From the NCBI GenBank assembly GCA_030599585.1, contig JAUVNS010000005.1:160001-224000 (forward strand): a stretch of DNA of 64,000 bases, given 5' to 3'. This stretch comes from Promethearchaeota archaeon. Its GTDB lineage: Archaea; Asgardarchaeota; Lokiarchaeia; Sigyniarchaeales; SOKP01. The translations under genes were made by a program, and so were the position numbers. Of the stretch, positions 30,969-40,914 are shown piece by piece. Each line of letters opens with the position of its first letter. Position 1 is the stretch's first letter. The notes under the pieces are model-generated. The model did not search any database. It was given only the letters and a program-made list of their open reading frames with translations, and had not been told where the DNA came from.

Positions 30969-31706
30969 TCACGACTTCATTCCACAATTAGTACAAAAAT
31001 CATTATCAGCTACCAGTTTGGCTCCACAGTTAGTGCAATGAGCGCTATCATCAAAAGATGGTTCTTTTTCATCTTCTATTTTCGCTTTGGATTTCTTACT
31101 TTTCTGTTTACTTCCAGCCCCTGTTGGCTTATATTTCAAACTACCAATGAACCCACCAAAAACAGCGCCTACAAGACAACCTTCTAATATAGCGGTAGAT
31201 ACGGCAAAAACATAGGGTAAATCAGTTAAACCCAATGTTAATCCGTCAATTATCCCACCAATGAAAGGACCAATAATTGGGATCAGAGGTAATAAGAAAT
31301 ATATTAATAAAGCAATAATTAAATATCCAATTCCGATGGCAAGGCTCGTTCGTATGCCCTTACCTGGCGTTTTAGCATTTATACCGGATATCATTGAACA
31401 AGCTAATATCCAAGGCAATGTAACGGAGATTAACAGCAGTACGTCATCGGGACGATACATTAAGCACCAATGAATAGGGAAAATTATAATTAAAACGAGT
31501 CCCAAGAACATTGGCGCAAGAATTGCGATAATGCCCCCAATTCCTGGCAATAACGATCCTAAAGAAGAAAGGGCGTCACCTAAATTTTCGATTAAACCCC
31601 CCGTAACGCCTGAAGTTAAATCTAGGAATACAAAACTAATATAAGATGTTAACAAAAGAAAGATCATTCCTACAATTCCAGTCCACAATACACGTCCAAA
31701 TCCCAT
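30969..31706 (-). CDS. Gly-rich membrane protein with C-terminal zinc ribbon
   Basis: About 5 TM helices, Lys-rich linker, CTNCG-x9-CTNCG. Confidence 0.8.
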   Translation of the reverse strand: MGFGRVLWTGIVGMIFLLLTSYISFVFLDLTSGVTGGLIENLGDALSSLGSLLPGIGGIIAILAPMFLGLVLIIIFPIHWCLMYRPDDVLLLISVTLPWILACSMISGINAKTPGKGIRTSLAIGIGYLIIALLIYFLLPLIPIIGPFIGGIIDGLTLGLTDLPYVFAVSTAILEGCLVGAVFGGFIGSLKYKPTGAGSKQKSKKSKAKIEDEKEPSFDDSAHCTNCGAKLVADNDFCTNCGMKS

Positions 31707-31963
31707 GTGAAATTTCCTCTAATTATTAATTCAATAAAGTTTGATTTAATTAAATTACGTTCTTATAATTTGAAACATGCTTCGATTATTTAAAATTTTG
31801 TTTTTAACCTTTTTATAGTAAATCTACACTATATATTATAAAAATTTTGGAGATTTTGAACTCCTTTAGAAATTATAAAACACTGCGTCAATGATTTTAA
31901 AATTGGGATAAATTCGGGGTGATGTAAACAAAATTTGAAGTAAAAAAAGTTAAATAAAATTAG

Positions 31964-32656
31964 TTATTTAATGTTGACAATTGCTCCTTTTTCCATCTTA
32001 ACAATTTTATCCGCGTAGGAAGCTAAGGAGCCTCTATGGGTTACGACTATTACAGTAGTTTCCATATCTTTATTGATTTTCTTTAATAGGTCCATAACTT
32101 GCTTTTCAGATTCCGGATCGAGGTTTCCCGTAGGTTCGTCCGCTAAAATCACTCTGGGTCGATGGATAATTGCTCTAGCGAGACCACACCTTTGTTTCTC
32201 ACCACCAGACATTTGGACTGGGTAATGATCCTTTCTTTCAAGTAAGTTAACATCTCTTAACGCAGCTATAGCCCGGTTTTCAATTTCTTTTTCTCGTAAA
32301 ACTGTTGGCCACAAGAGGGCTTCAACGTTTTCAATTGCTGTAAGAGTAGGTATTAAGTTAAAATCTTGAAAAACAAAACCGATTTTTTGTCTTCTTACCC
32401 GGCTTAGCCTATCTTCTGTAGCCCTTGCTATATTTTCTCCGTCAAATATTATTTTTCCAGAATCAGGTAAGTCAATTCCGCTTAAAACATTAAGGAGCGT
32501 ACTTTTACCGCATCCGGTTGGACCCTGAATTAATACAAATTCACCTACTTTAATAGTAAGGCTCACATCAGCTAAAGCTCTAATTATTGCCCCGGATCTT
32601 CTATACTCTTTATTAACATCCATTGCTTCAATCATGGTATCTTTATCTACTGGCAT
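31964..32656 (-). CDS. ABC ATPase, LolD/MacB/FtsE-like
   Basis: GPTGCGKST, IGFVFQ, SGGEKQR, ILADEPTGNLD, VTH motifs. Confidence 0.95.
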   Translation of the reverse strand: MPVDKDTMIEAMDVNKEYRRSGAIIRALADVSLTIKVGEFVLIQGPTGCGKSTLLNVLSGIDLPDSGKIIFDGENIARATEDRLSRVRRQKIGFVFQDFNLIPTLTAIENVEALLWPTVLREKEIENRAIAALRDVNLLERKDHYPVQMSGGEKQRCGLARAIIHRPRVILADEPTGNLDPESEKQVMDLLKKINKDMETTVIVVTHRGSLASYADKIVKMEKGAIVNIK

Positions 32657-32669
32657 ATTTTACTCCTCC

Positions 32670-33215
32670 TCATTCACCTACTTTTTTTAATGCAATAATT
32701 GGCCTTACTTTCAAGATTTTCCGATTCGCTAATACAATTGCTACCATTTGAACTAAGATAAATATCAAACTCGTTATAATTACAGGAATTAACCCAATTA
32801 GCGTCAATGGGAGAGATACTGGTATAGCAGCGGATTGAAGATAACCTACTACTGCAGTGTAATGAAAGAGGACTTCAAGTACAATTAAAAATCCCATTAA
32901 AGTTGTAAATAGGATTTTACCAGTAATTAATGAATTGATATTTTTATTTGTATAGCCAATGCATTTTAATGTAGCCCAGGTTCTCCTATTTCGAGATACG
33001 ATAATCCACGCGTAAAGCAGTGATAAAAATAGACTTGTTCCAAGAAAAATCAAAACAAAGTATCCCGCAATTTCACCAATTTGACCTGTGATAGCCAATT
33101 CCCAAAATAAACTCGTTATGAAAATCAACGAAGTATAAATAAGCGTAAAAACAGAAAACAACTTCTTTTCTCTCAGCGTCATTAGGATTGCCTTCTTAAA
33201 CATACGAAATGCCAT
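32670..33215 (-). CDS. FtsX-like ABC permease lacking the extracytoplasmic domain
   Basis: Four TM helices, RNRRTWATLKCIGYT coupling helix, C-terminal RPIIAL; only 181 aa. Confidence 0.75.
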   Translation of the reverse strand: MAFRMFKKAILMTLREKKLFSVFTLIYTSLIFITSLFWELAITGQIGEIAGYFVLIFLGTSLFLSLLYAWIIVSRNRRTWATLKCIGYTNKNINSLITGKILFTTLMGFLIVLEVLFHYTAVVGYLQSAAIPVSLPLTLIGLIPVIITSLIFILVQMVAIVLANRKILKVRPIIALKKVGE

Positions 33216-33307
33216 AAATTTTTCACCGTTTGCTAAAAATTAATTTTTTATATGAATTGTTTGTATAGTTATATAATAAGATTATTATTTTAATTTTGGG
33301 TATCATA

Positions 33308-33712
33308 ATGTCTGCAGAAATTGAGTCAATTATAGATGATCTTCTCTCTGAAGAACAAAATATTTTTGGAGTAGCAATTATCAACAAAGCTGGCACTCTT
33401 ATCACACAAACTGAAAATTGGAATCTTAGCAACGATTTAGGGGATATTAACAAATTGCTCGGAGCTAAATTAGAATTGGGACAACGAGGTATGACAAACA
33501 TAACGGTTCAAGGAATTAAATATATGATGGTCGAAAATACAGAAGAAAGAAAGATAGGTACAAATATTACAGGAAAAGGGCATTTAATTATAGCGCCAAT
33601 CCCCATAGGTGGTACTGGTGCGTTAATTTGTTACATTAACCCTCAAGCCGGACCCAGAGATGCCTTATTTACCGTTCAATCTTACGCCTTAAAACTACAA
33701 AATATAGTTTAA
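33308..33712 (+). CDS. Profilin (Loki-type)
   Basis: QTENWN, QGIKYM.VENTEERKIGTNITGKGH, PIPIGGTGAL, NP.AGPRD closely resemble Loki profilin as I recall it; ATG at 33308 preferred as start. Confidence 0.93.
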   Translation: MSAEIESIIDDLLSEEQNIFGVAIINKAGTLITQTENWNLSNDLGDINKLLGAKLELGQRGMTNITVQGIKYMMVENTEERKIGTNITGKGHLIIAPIPIGGTGALICYINPQAGPRDALFTVQSYALKLQNIV

Positions 33713-33852
33713 TTTTTTTATCCTTTTTTTATCGAATGAATTACCGTATCCTCAAAGTTAACTGTTCAAAAAGCAAAACTTAAATAAATAATTAATAATT
33801 ATTCACAAATACATAATTTACATAAAACATATTTAATAAAAGAGGGATAGAA

Positions 33853-34227
33853 ATGCTGAATCAAATACCTGGTGACTTATTTTCATACCTTATAACATAT
33901 TCATCAAACCTACTAACTATGACTTTCTATATATTCATATTGGTTTTTGCGATCTTGATATTTAAGAGAAATTCGTATAATTATGGAATTACCCTTATAA
34001 TCTCATCAATCCTAATATTGACTTCAAACTTAATTTATATGTCCGTTCAATATCCATATATGGCGTATCGATTGGAAGTAGAATTAGGGTTACCCTGGTC
34101 TATAGTTATATTAACAATTATTACTTGGAATCTCGTTTTTCTTATTTTAAATAGCTTGAGTGCAATATTTTTAGTTGTATCTATATATCTGATATATAAA
34201 ACTCATAGAAAAGATAGGGCTAATTAG
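33853..34227 (+). CDS. Small membrane protein (3 TM)
   Basis: Three hydrophobic segments. Confidence 0.7.
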   Translation: MLNQIPGDLFSYLITYSSNLLTMTFYIFILVFAILIFKRNSYNYGITLIISSILILTSNLIYMSVQYPYMAYRLEVELGLPWSIVILTIITWNLVFLILNSLSAIFLVVSIYLIYKTHRKDRAN

Positions 34228-34270
34228 AACTTTAACCACAAATTAAATAAAAAATAAGCGCAAGATTGCA

Positions 34271-34294
34271 GAGATGGCACATCTCATTTTTTTT
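34271..34294 (+). terminator. Hairpin plus oligo-T terminator-like element between convergent genes
   Basis: GAGATG-GCA-CATCTC followed by A and T8. Confidence 0.45.
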
Positions 34295-34315
34295 AATATT
34301 TTATTTTTCATAATT

Positions 34316-35410
34316 CTATAGTTGGTCCCAGTAAGGCTTTAACAAGTTTTTAAGAAAGGTTTTAATTTTATCTAATTCCTCCCTCTTAGAATCGTCCACA
34401 AATGAAATGTTTTTCTCATAGTCAGGAGGTTCGTACTTTTCTTTTAACAAAGCTTTAATTATAGCTTCAACACAATATGGCAATCCAATTATGTCGTAAC
34501 CTCCTTCTAATATGAAAGAAATTCTCCCTTCACACACCCTTTCAGCAATTTTTAAAAATTTATCCGCAAATTGGTTATAAGCTATACTGGTTAACGAGCA
34601 GTTACCAATAGGATCGGTGTAATACATATCAAATCCCGTCGCAACAATAATTAGAGCAGGCTGGAATTCATTGAGTATTGGCTCCAACAAATCTAAACAA
34701 TAGTAAAAATCTTCATTAGTTATTCCTTCTGGTACGGGAAAATTAATATTTTTACCAATTCCTTCATCTTGTCCTAGTTCGTCAAACATTCCAATATCAC
34801 CTTGGGTAAAATCAAATTCGTGTAGAGAAAAATAAAGAACGGAAGGATCGTGGTAGAAATATTGAGCTATTCCATCTCCGAAATGGTCATCTATGTCAAT
34901 TATTGCAATTTTCTCGGTATAACTTAGCTTTTTGCGCAAGTATAGAATTGAATTAGCGATATTATTAAAAATGCAGAGTCCTGATGATTTTTCTCTATAG
35001 GCATGATGTCCTGGAGGTCTAATTAAAGCAAACGATTGAGTATAATGGTTTTTTACTACTCCTTCAATAGCTTCTATAGCACCCCCAACTGCTTTTTTTG
35101 CTAAATCGAATGTATCATCCGTAACAAACACTTCCTCATCGAGTAACCCGCCCCCTATGAGCGATATTTTTTTAATTGTTTCGATATGATATTTCGAATG
35201 AGCTAGTTCTAAAATTGTTTCATCAATTTCTTTTGGTTTTACTTTTACCACTCGATTATCCTTAAAAATTTTATTTCTTTCAAGGTGATTTAAAATAGCG
35301 TTAATTCTAATGGGATGTTCAAACGATATAAAAGAAGGTTTAGGGTATGGAGGGAGGTGTTTAGACCCAAAATCATCGTCAAGAATAATCCCTACTTTTT
35401 TCTCTGACAT
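34316..35410 (-). CDS. Histone deacetylase family (Zn-dependent) amidohydrolase
   Basis: RPPGHHA, G.CIFNN, DIDDHFGDG, GFD...DP, LEGGY motifs. Confidence 0.93.
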   Translation of the reverse strand: MSEKKVGIILDDDFGSKHLPPYPKPSFISFEHPIRINAILNHLERNKIFKDNRVVKVKPKEIDETILELAHSKYHIETIKKISLIGGGLLDEEVFVTDDTFDLAKKAVGGAIEAIEGVVKNHYTQSFALIRPPGHHAYREKSSGLCIFNNIANSILYLRKKLSYTEKIAIIDIDDHFGDGIAQYFYHDPSVLYFSLHEFDFTQGDIGMFDELGQDEGIGKNINFPVPEGITNEDFYYCLDLLEPILNEFQPALIIVATGFDMYYTDPIGNCSLTSIAYNQFADKFLKIAERVCEGRISFILEGGYDIIGLPYCVEAIIKALLKEKYEPPDYEKNISFVDDSKREELDKIKTFLKNLLKPYWDQL

Positions 35411-35503
35411 TTTATAAAAAATGGAAATGGTAGAATGACTTAAACTCTTATATTAATATTTGCATACTAATATTAAAAATAATTTCTAATTAAAAAAAAA
35501 GGT

Positions 35504-37744
35504 TTGAGAATCGAAATGAACTTTATTGAAATTGTTGCAATGTTTTTACTTAATGCTATTCCTATAATTGTACTCATTATCCCGTATTTTTTCATACGAA
35601 AAAAGCTAGCAGGGAAAATATATTTTAGAATAATACTAGGGATCATGATCTTTTACTTAGTTTACTGGGTCCTTCCAATAATATTTCAGGTAGGAACTAC
35701 TCCATTAGAATTAGAATTGCAGGCTGGGGATGATATTAATCTAGGAATAGGATATATAATCGCTCACGTTGGTTCTTTAATCGCATCGTTTTCTTATTAT
35801 CCTCTCGTAACTCTTCCTTTTATATTTCTTTTAGCGCCCTTTATTTCAATTATCTACGTAAGGAACCGTTTAAGGAAAGAAGTTGGAACGAAAAGTGAAA
35901 AATTGAAAGGCTTAACATATCAAATAATCGATAGTCCCTACAAGAGAATTAGAGCAGATCTGTTTAAAGGTGACTGGTCAAGAGAAAAAGACATCTTAAA
36001 ACTCCTTATCGTTCTTTTGCCCATTTCTTTATATTTATTACAAGTTCTCCTTAAAATTACTGGAGTTCAATCAGCGTCTATAATTGATGATGCCAACGCT
36101 TTAGGTTGGTTTATTGAAATCTTATTTGTGTACCTGGCGACTTTCATTTTCAGTTTAGAAATATTATTGAGTTCCCAAATCGCATTAAGAGGAAAAAACT
36201 TTGGAGAAAACATTAGAGAACAAACTTATAGAAGTTTATACACCGTTGGTGTACCAATATCTATTTTATCCATCATTTTATTCCTCGTAGAAGATTTTGG
36301 TTCAATTGGATTGATCATATATTTCTTTGCGTATTTTTTTATGGCGTCGGTTATTTTTATTCTGTTCCTTAAAATTTTTGAACCAATATCGCTAATAATA
36401 TTCATAAAAATAATCAATTGGTGGAAGAATAAAAAAGAAACCAAGAAAAGTATGCATGTTAGTGATGTTGTTTACGGGATCGCTTTCAGTTGTCTGGCTT
36501 TTTTCATTTTTTTTATAATAAATAATTTTGTATTTGGCTCAGCTTATCGCTTAATGTTTGGCGACCAAGCAAGCATAGATAACATAATTAATTCGGCTAG
36601 TTTTACCGTAAGCGGTTCGGTCTATTTATACGAAAGCTTGGGATTCGATTTGATGAATATTTTTAATTTCGTAGCATTAATTGTCGTTTCGTTAATCATC
36701 GCTGTAATCTTTCTTAATCTTACTCTTAGGTTTACGAAAAGCATGTTTTTAGGGATAGTCACCTTTCTCCCTATTTTAATACTGCTTTCGATATTGTTCG
36801 TGATGTTTGGCGGAAACGGGATGATAAATTTCGCACGAGAGACATATTGGATAACTGGGCAATCAAGCTATACTTCGATTTTTGGTTTTAACTTTTTCAC
36901 ATTGAGAACCGCGGGATTCAGCGCAGATTTAGCTGGACCCTTATATTATCTCGCAATTCCTTACCAAATGACGCAATATATCTTCAATATTATCTTCTGG
37001 AGCTTGTTGATATACTATATAAGGAAAAACTTTAAAGTAAAAAATGTGGTTATTGACGATAGACATTTAGAAAAAGTAATATTCTCGTCTATAACTGAAT
37101 TCCCAAGCTACGAAGATTATTCGAAGGGAAAGATTCAGTATTTGATTGCCAAAGGCGAAGATGTTGATTTGAAAAATCTAGCTCTCGAACGAGACGAAGT
37201 AAAATCTTTATTATCATCTATAGAAACTGAACAAATTTTAGAAGATATTAAACCTACAGACGAAAAAGAAATGCAAAGATTCTACTTTACCCTCAAATAC
37301 TTGTACAATAATAATTATATTGATGTTTTAAAACAAGAATTCAGCTATCTCTTTGAAAAAGCCGAAAAACAAGGACTTTATATAATCTACGACGACGGGA
37401 GAGGAATTTTTGACTATAACTTTGCAGAGGATTACGCTCACGATCCCGGTATCGTTTCGGGTATGTTTTCAGCTATTACCTCTTTCATAAAAGAAACAAC
37501 TAAGTCCCAAGAACTGCTAAAAACCATAGATCACGGTGATATTACCATCTTAATCGAATACGGAAAACGCATCTTTGGAGCGTTATTTATTAAAGGAAAA
37601 CAATCTACTGAAGTTCGCTCATCATTAAAAGAACTCGTAACTAAATTTGAAGCTAAATACGCAGATGTCCTAGCAGATTGGAGCGGAGCGTTAATATATT
37701 TCAAAGAAGACAGTAAATTAGTAGAGAGTATATTTAAAGAATAA
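35504..37744 (+). CDS. Polytopic membrane protein with C-terminal longin-like domain
   Basis: About 11-12 TM segments, then GLYIIYDDGR...DPGIVSGMFSAITSFIKE...KTIDHGDITILIEYG; probable start at the ATG at 35516. Confidence 0.75.
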   Translation: MRIEMNFIEIVAMFLLNAIPIIVLIIPYFFIRKKLAGKIYFRIILGIMIFYLVYWVLPIIFQVGTTPLELELQAGDDINLGIGYIIAHVGSLIASFSYYPLVTLPFIFLLAPFISIIYVRNRLRKEVGTKSEKLKGLTYQIIDSPYKRIRADLFKGDWSREKDILKLLIVLLPISLYLLQVLLKITGVQSASIIDDANALGWFIEILFVYLATFIFSLEILLSSQIALRGKNFGENIREQTYRSLYTVGVPISILSIILFLVEDFGSIGLIIYFFAYFFMASVIFILFLKIFEPISLIIFIKIINWWKNKKETKKSMHVSDVVYGIAFSCLAFFIFFIINNFVFGSAYRLMFGDQASIDNIINSASFTVSGSVYLYESLGFDLMNIFNFVALIVVSLIIAVIFLNLTLRFTKSMFLGIVTFLPILILLSILFVMFGGNGMINFARETYWITGQSSYTSIFGFNFFTLRTAGFSADLAGPLYYLAIPYQMTQYIFNIIFWSLLIYYIRKNFKVKNVVIDDRHLEKVIFSSITEFPSYEDYSKGKIQYLIAKGEDVDLKNLALERDEVKSLLSSIETEQILEDIKPTDEKEMQRFYFTLKYLYNNNYIDVLKQEFSYLFEKAEKQGLYIIYDDGRGIFDYNFAEDYAHDPGIVSGMFSAITSFIKETTKSQELLKTIDHGDITILIEYGKRIFGALFIKGKQSTEVRSSLKELVTKFEAKYADVLADWSGALIYFKEDSKLVESIFKE

Positions 37745-37771
37745 ACAATTTTTTTTCTTTTTTAAATTAAT

Positions 37772-38389
37772 TCAAGTTCTATCTTTTTCTTTATTGATTG
37801 CGTCTAGTAAACGTGTCACCTCGTGGGAATCTGGATACTTCTCTTGAATTTTTTGGCAACACTCTATCGCCAAATCAAATTTTCCTAATTCTTTATATGT
37901 AATCCCTAAATTGTACCAAGTTTCATATTTATCAGGTTTAATTTCCAGAGCTTTCTTCCAACATTCAATCGCTTGATTAACTTCTCCTTTTCCCTGATAC
38001 GCATTAGCCATATTATTCCAACCCTCGTGATCCTTTGGATTTAATTCTACTACTTTTTTATAGCTCTCAATCGCCTTGTCGTATTCTTTATGTTCTCTGT
38101 AAGCGTTACCCATATTGTACAACACATCAACATCATTGGGTTTAAGTTCCAACGCTTTATTCCAGCACTCAAGTGCGCTCTCAAAATCCCCCCTTCCTAT
38201 GTCGTAAACATTACCCAAGTTGTACCATCCTTCAAAATGCTTAGGATTCAGCTCAACAGTCTTTTGCCAACACTCAATAGCGCCATCGGCATCTGAATCC
38301 TTACCAAAGACTAACCCTTTTTGGTAAAATTCTTCTGCTTCTTTTAATTTCTTTTTCTGCTCGATTTTTTCATCAACCATTCTCATCAA
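37772..38389 (-). CDS. TPR repeat protein
   Basis: Five 34-aa repeats W(Y/N)N(L/M)G...A.ECW.KALE..P. Confidence 0.95.
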   Translation of the reverse strand: MMRMVDEKIEQKKKLKEAEEFYQKGLVFGKDSDADGAIECWQKTVELNPKHFEGWYNLGNVYDIGRGDFESALECWNKALELKPNDVDVLYNMGNAYREHKEYDKAIESYKKVVELNPKDHEGWNNMANAYQGKGEVNQAIECWKKALEIKPDKYETWYNLGITYKELGKFDLAIECCQKIQEKYPDSHEVTRLLDAINKEKDRT

Positions 38390-38541
38390 CAGATTTATGA
38401 TATTTATTTTTGCTGAATTATTACGATTAGTAAATATATTTAACGCTTAGAGGGTTTATAAATGTTATAAAAACTAAGAATAACTTCATTAAAATTTTAA
38501 ATAAGAAAAAAGATAAAAAAAATTTAATTATTTTTGATCTA

Positions 38542-38865
38542 TCATTCAGGCATTTCAAGTCCTATAAGTGGTAACGCCTCTGCTCCTGACATGTATAATT
38601 CCATTTCAGATCTATAACCCTCAATTTCAGAGAACATGAGTATTTGCTTGTAATAAATGTCCATGAATTCCTTTAATTTCCCTTCTTTTATTTCATGAAT
38701 CGAAAAGGATTTCATTCCATCTTTTGTTGTTCTTACGCCTACGCGTACAATCGCTTTTGATATAGTTTTATCCGGAGGAAATTGTTTCAAGATTTCAAGA
38801 TATATTTTCCCTACTTCAGAAGATTTACCCACTGGAAACCAAGTGGTAGTTACAATCATAACCAT
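38542..38865 (-). CDS. Small hypothetical protein (possible ferredoxin-like fold)
   Basis: ORF with AGGTGAGG SD just before the ATG at 38865. Confidence 0.7.
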   Translation of the reverse strand: MVMIVTTTWFPVGKSSEVGKIYLEILKQFPPDKTISKAIVRVGVRTTKDGMKSFSIHEIKEGKLKEFMDIYYKQILMFSEIEGYRSEMELYMSGAEALPLIGLEMPE

Positions 38866-38993
38866 AATCCTCACCTTTATGTAATTTTAATTTGATTGAA
38901 AATTAGATTTGTATTGATATTTAAGCTTGAAAATGATTTAAATCTTACTTATTTGTCAAATTATTCAATTCAAAAAAAAAAATTGGATTTATA

Positions 38994-40733
38994 TTATTCA
39001 TTCATTTCATATGCATCCTTTAAGGAGTGAACGGTATTCCACACTTTACCAAAACGCTCAGGATCGACATTAGGTTTCTTAATCATCTCCAAACAAAACT
39101 CCATCTGTACAGTGGTAGTACCCGCTTTCTGATACAGGTTCAATGAGTATTTGGAAAAGTCTCTCACGAGAAAATCAAATATTTGGTCTAAAGTGTCTTC
39201 ATCGATGTCATATATTTTAGCGTTCTCAATTACTAAATGTGCATATACAATAAGAGAAAAGATTTCGCCAATCCCTGAAAGCATGAAGTCCATATCTTTT
39301 AATTGTGCAATACTAGGGGTAGCCTTCGTTCCCATAAGGTTAAACAGCTTTATTTGTTCCGTAAATATTTTGACATTAGGTAAATTATATTGCTCAAACG
39401 CTAGATTCCAGTTGTGAAATCGAATTTTTCCCAACCCACGAGTTGGTCCTTGATTAAAAAGAAATGTATCGTCTTTAGCTTGATCTTGTCTTGGAATTTC
39501 CTCATATTTCTTATGATTCATAAAGAAATTTACCATAAATTTCAAAATTAAGGCGATATTTACATGAACAGTACCTTCGAGTTTCGGTAAAGCACGAATA
39601 TCCCTTGCAGCCATTTCAAAAAACATGTCTTTTTCGAATCCTTTTGCTGCGATCACATCCCATAGAAGATTGATAACTTCTTCTCCTTGAGTAGTTGTTT
39701 TCATTTTCATAACGGGAGCATATAGAAGATATCGACGGTCTTCATCAGACGCTATTCTCATGTAATCAGCCGTTCTTAGCCCAAACAATTTCATAGCGAC
39801 TAACCGAGTGTAAGCATCAACAAAATTTTGTTTAACATGCTGAAAATCAGTCACATACATATTGTAGAGCCTTCGATTAGCTGCATGATGAATCGCTTCA
39901 TAAAATGCGTGTGTACACATTCCAATTGAAGCCCATCCTAAGTTATATTTTCCCACATTGACCGTATTTAGAGACGAGTTCCATGCATCCTCTCCTTTAG
40001 AAAGGATGTCTTCTTCAGTAATAGGATAATCGTGAAGTGCAAAGTTTGAAACGTAATTTTGACTGTCGCATACATTTTTTATTAATTCATAGTTTTTGTG
40101 TTTGTAATTTGCTACAAAGAAAACATATTGTTCCTTATTTTTCATGTCATAGGGGGGGATATTGCCATCCTTATCAGCAAATTTACCGAAATTTGAGACC
40201 ATTTCTGCTTCGTTGCCGTTACCAATATAATACTTTTCTCCATTAGCTCTATATGAACCATCTTCTTGAAGTGTTAATGCCATTTCAGTGCCGTAGATGT
40301 CTGCTCCATGTGCTTGCTCAGATAGTCCGAAAGCAAATATTGCACCTTCTTTAAGCAGTTTCGCTGCGTTCTCCTTTGCTTTTTCATTTTTACTCATCCA
40401 AATAGGTCCGAGACCTAGAATTGAAACTTGCCATGTATACCAATAGCTCAACCCATAAAACCCAAGAATTTCATTAAACTCACATATTCGCCATGTATCC
40501 CATCGATAATTCTCATCTTCTCCGTATTGAGATGGCGTTAATAGACGAGCAAAAATTTTATTTTTCTTTTGAAATTCAAGGAAATCAGAATACCAGACTC
40601 GCGCACGATCATCCTCTTTAATTCTCGCTCTCCCTTTGTTTTCAAAAAACTCTATGGTTTTAAGCATAATGTCTTTTGACTTCGCATCTGGATAATACCT
40701 TTTATGTTGTTTTGGATTTAATAGAATTGTCAT
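38994..40733 (-). CDS. Acyl-CoA dehydrogenase
   Basis: AFGLSE..HGAD, NGEKYYIGNG, LEGTVHVN motifs. Confidence 0.93.
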   Translation of the reverse strand: MTILLNPKQHKRYYPDAKSKDIMLKTIEFFENKGRARIKEDDRARVWYSDFLEFQKKNKIFARLLTPSQYGEDENYRWDTWRICEFNEILGFYGLSYWYTWQVSILGLGPIWMSKNEKAKENAAKLLKEGAIFAFGLSEQAHGADIYGTEMALTLQEDGSYRANGEKYYIGNGNEAEMVSNFGKFADKDGNIPPYDMKNKEQYVFFVANYKHKNYELIKNVCDSQNYVSNFALHDYPITEEDILSKGEDAWNSSLNTVNVGKYNLGWASIGMCTHAFYEAIHHAANRRLYNMYVTDFQHVKQNFVDAYTRLVAMKLFGLRTADYMRIASDEDRRYLLYAPVMKMKTTTQGEEVINLLWDVIAAKGFEKDMFFEMAARDIRALPKLEGTVHVNIALILKFMVNFFMNHKKYEEIPRQDQAKDDTFLFNQGPTRGLGKIRFHNWNLAFEQYNLPNVKIFTEQIKLFNLMGTKATPSIAQLKDMDFMLSGIGEIFSLIVYAHLVIENAKIYDIDEDTLDQIFDFLVRDFSKYSLNLYQKAGTTTVQMEFCLEMIKKPNVDPERFGKVWNTVHSLKDAYEMNE

Positions 40734-40914
40734 AATTCTTTTTTTCTCTTTTAGTTATAATTAACATTTTAATTATAATATAGAATTATTATTTCAAAAT
40801 TAGCTTTTTTATTATTTTTTTTAACACCTAATCTTACGGTATTACACCTATAAGTTTAAATATAACTTAATACCTTTTCTCTACTTAAATGGCATTGAGT
40901 GTTAGCGGAATAAA

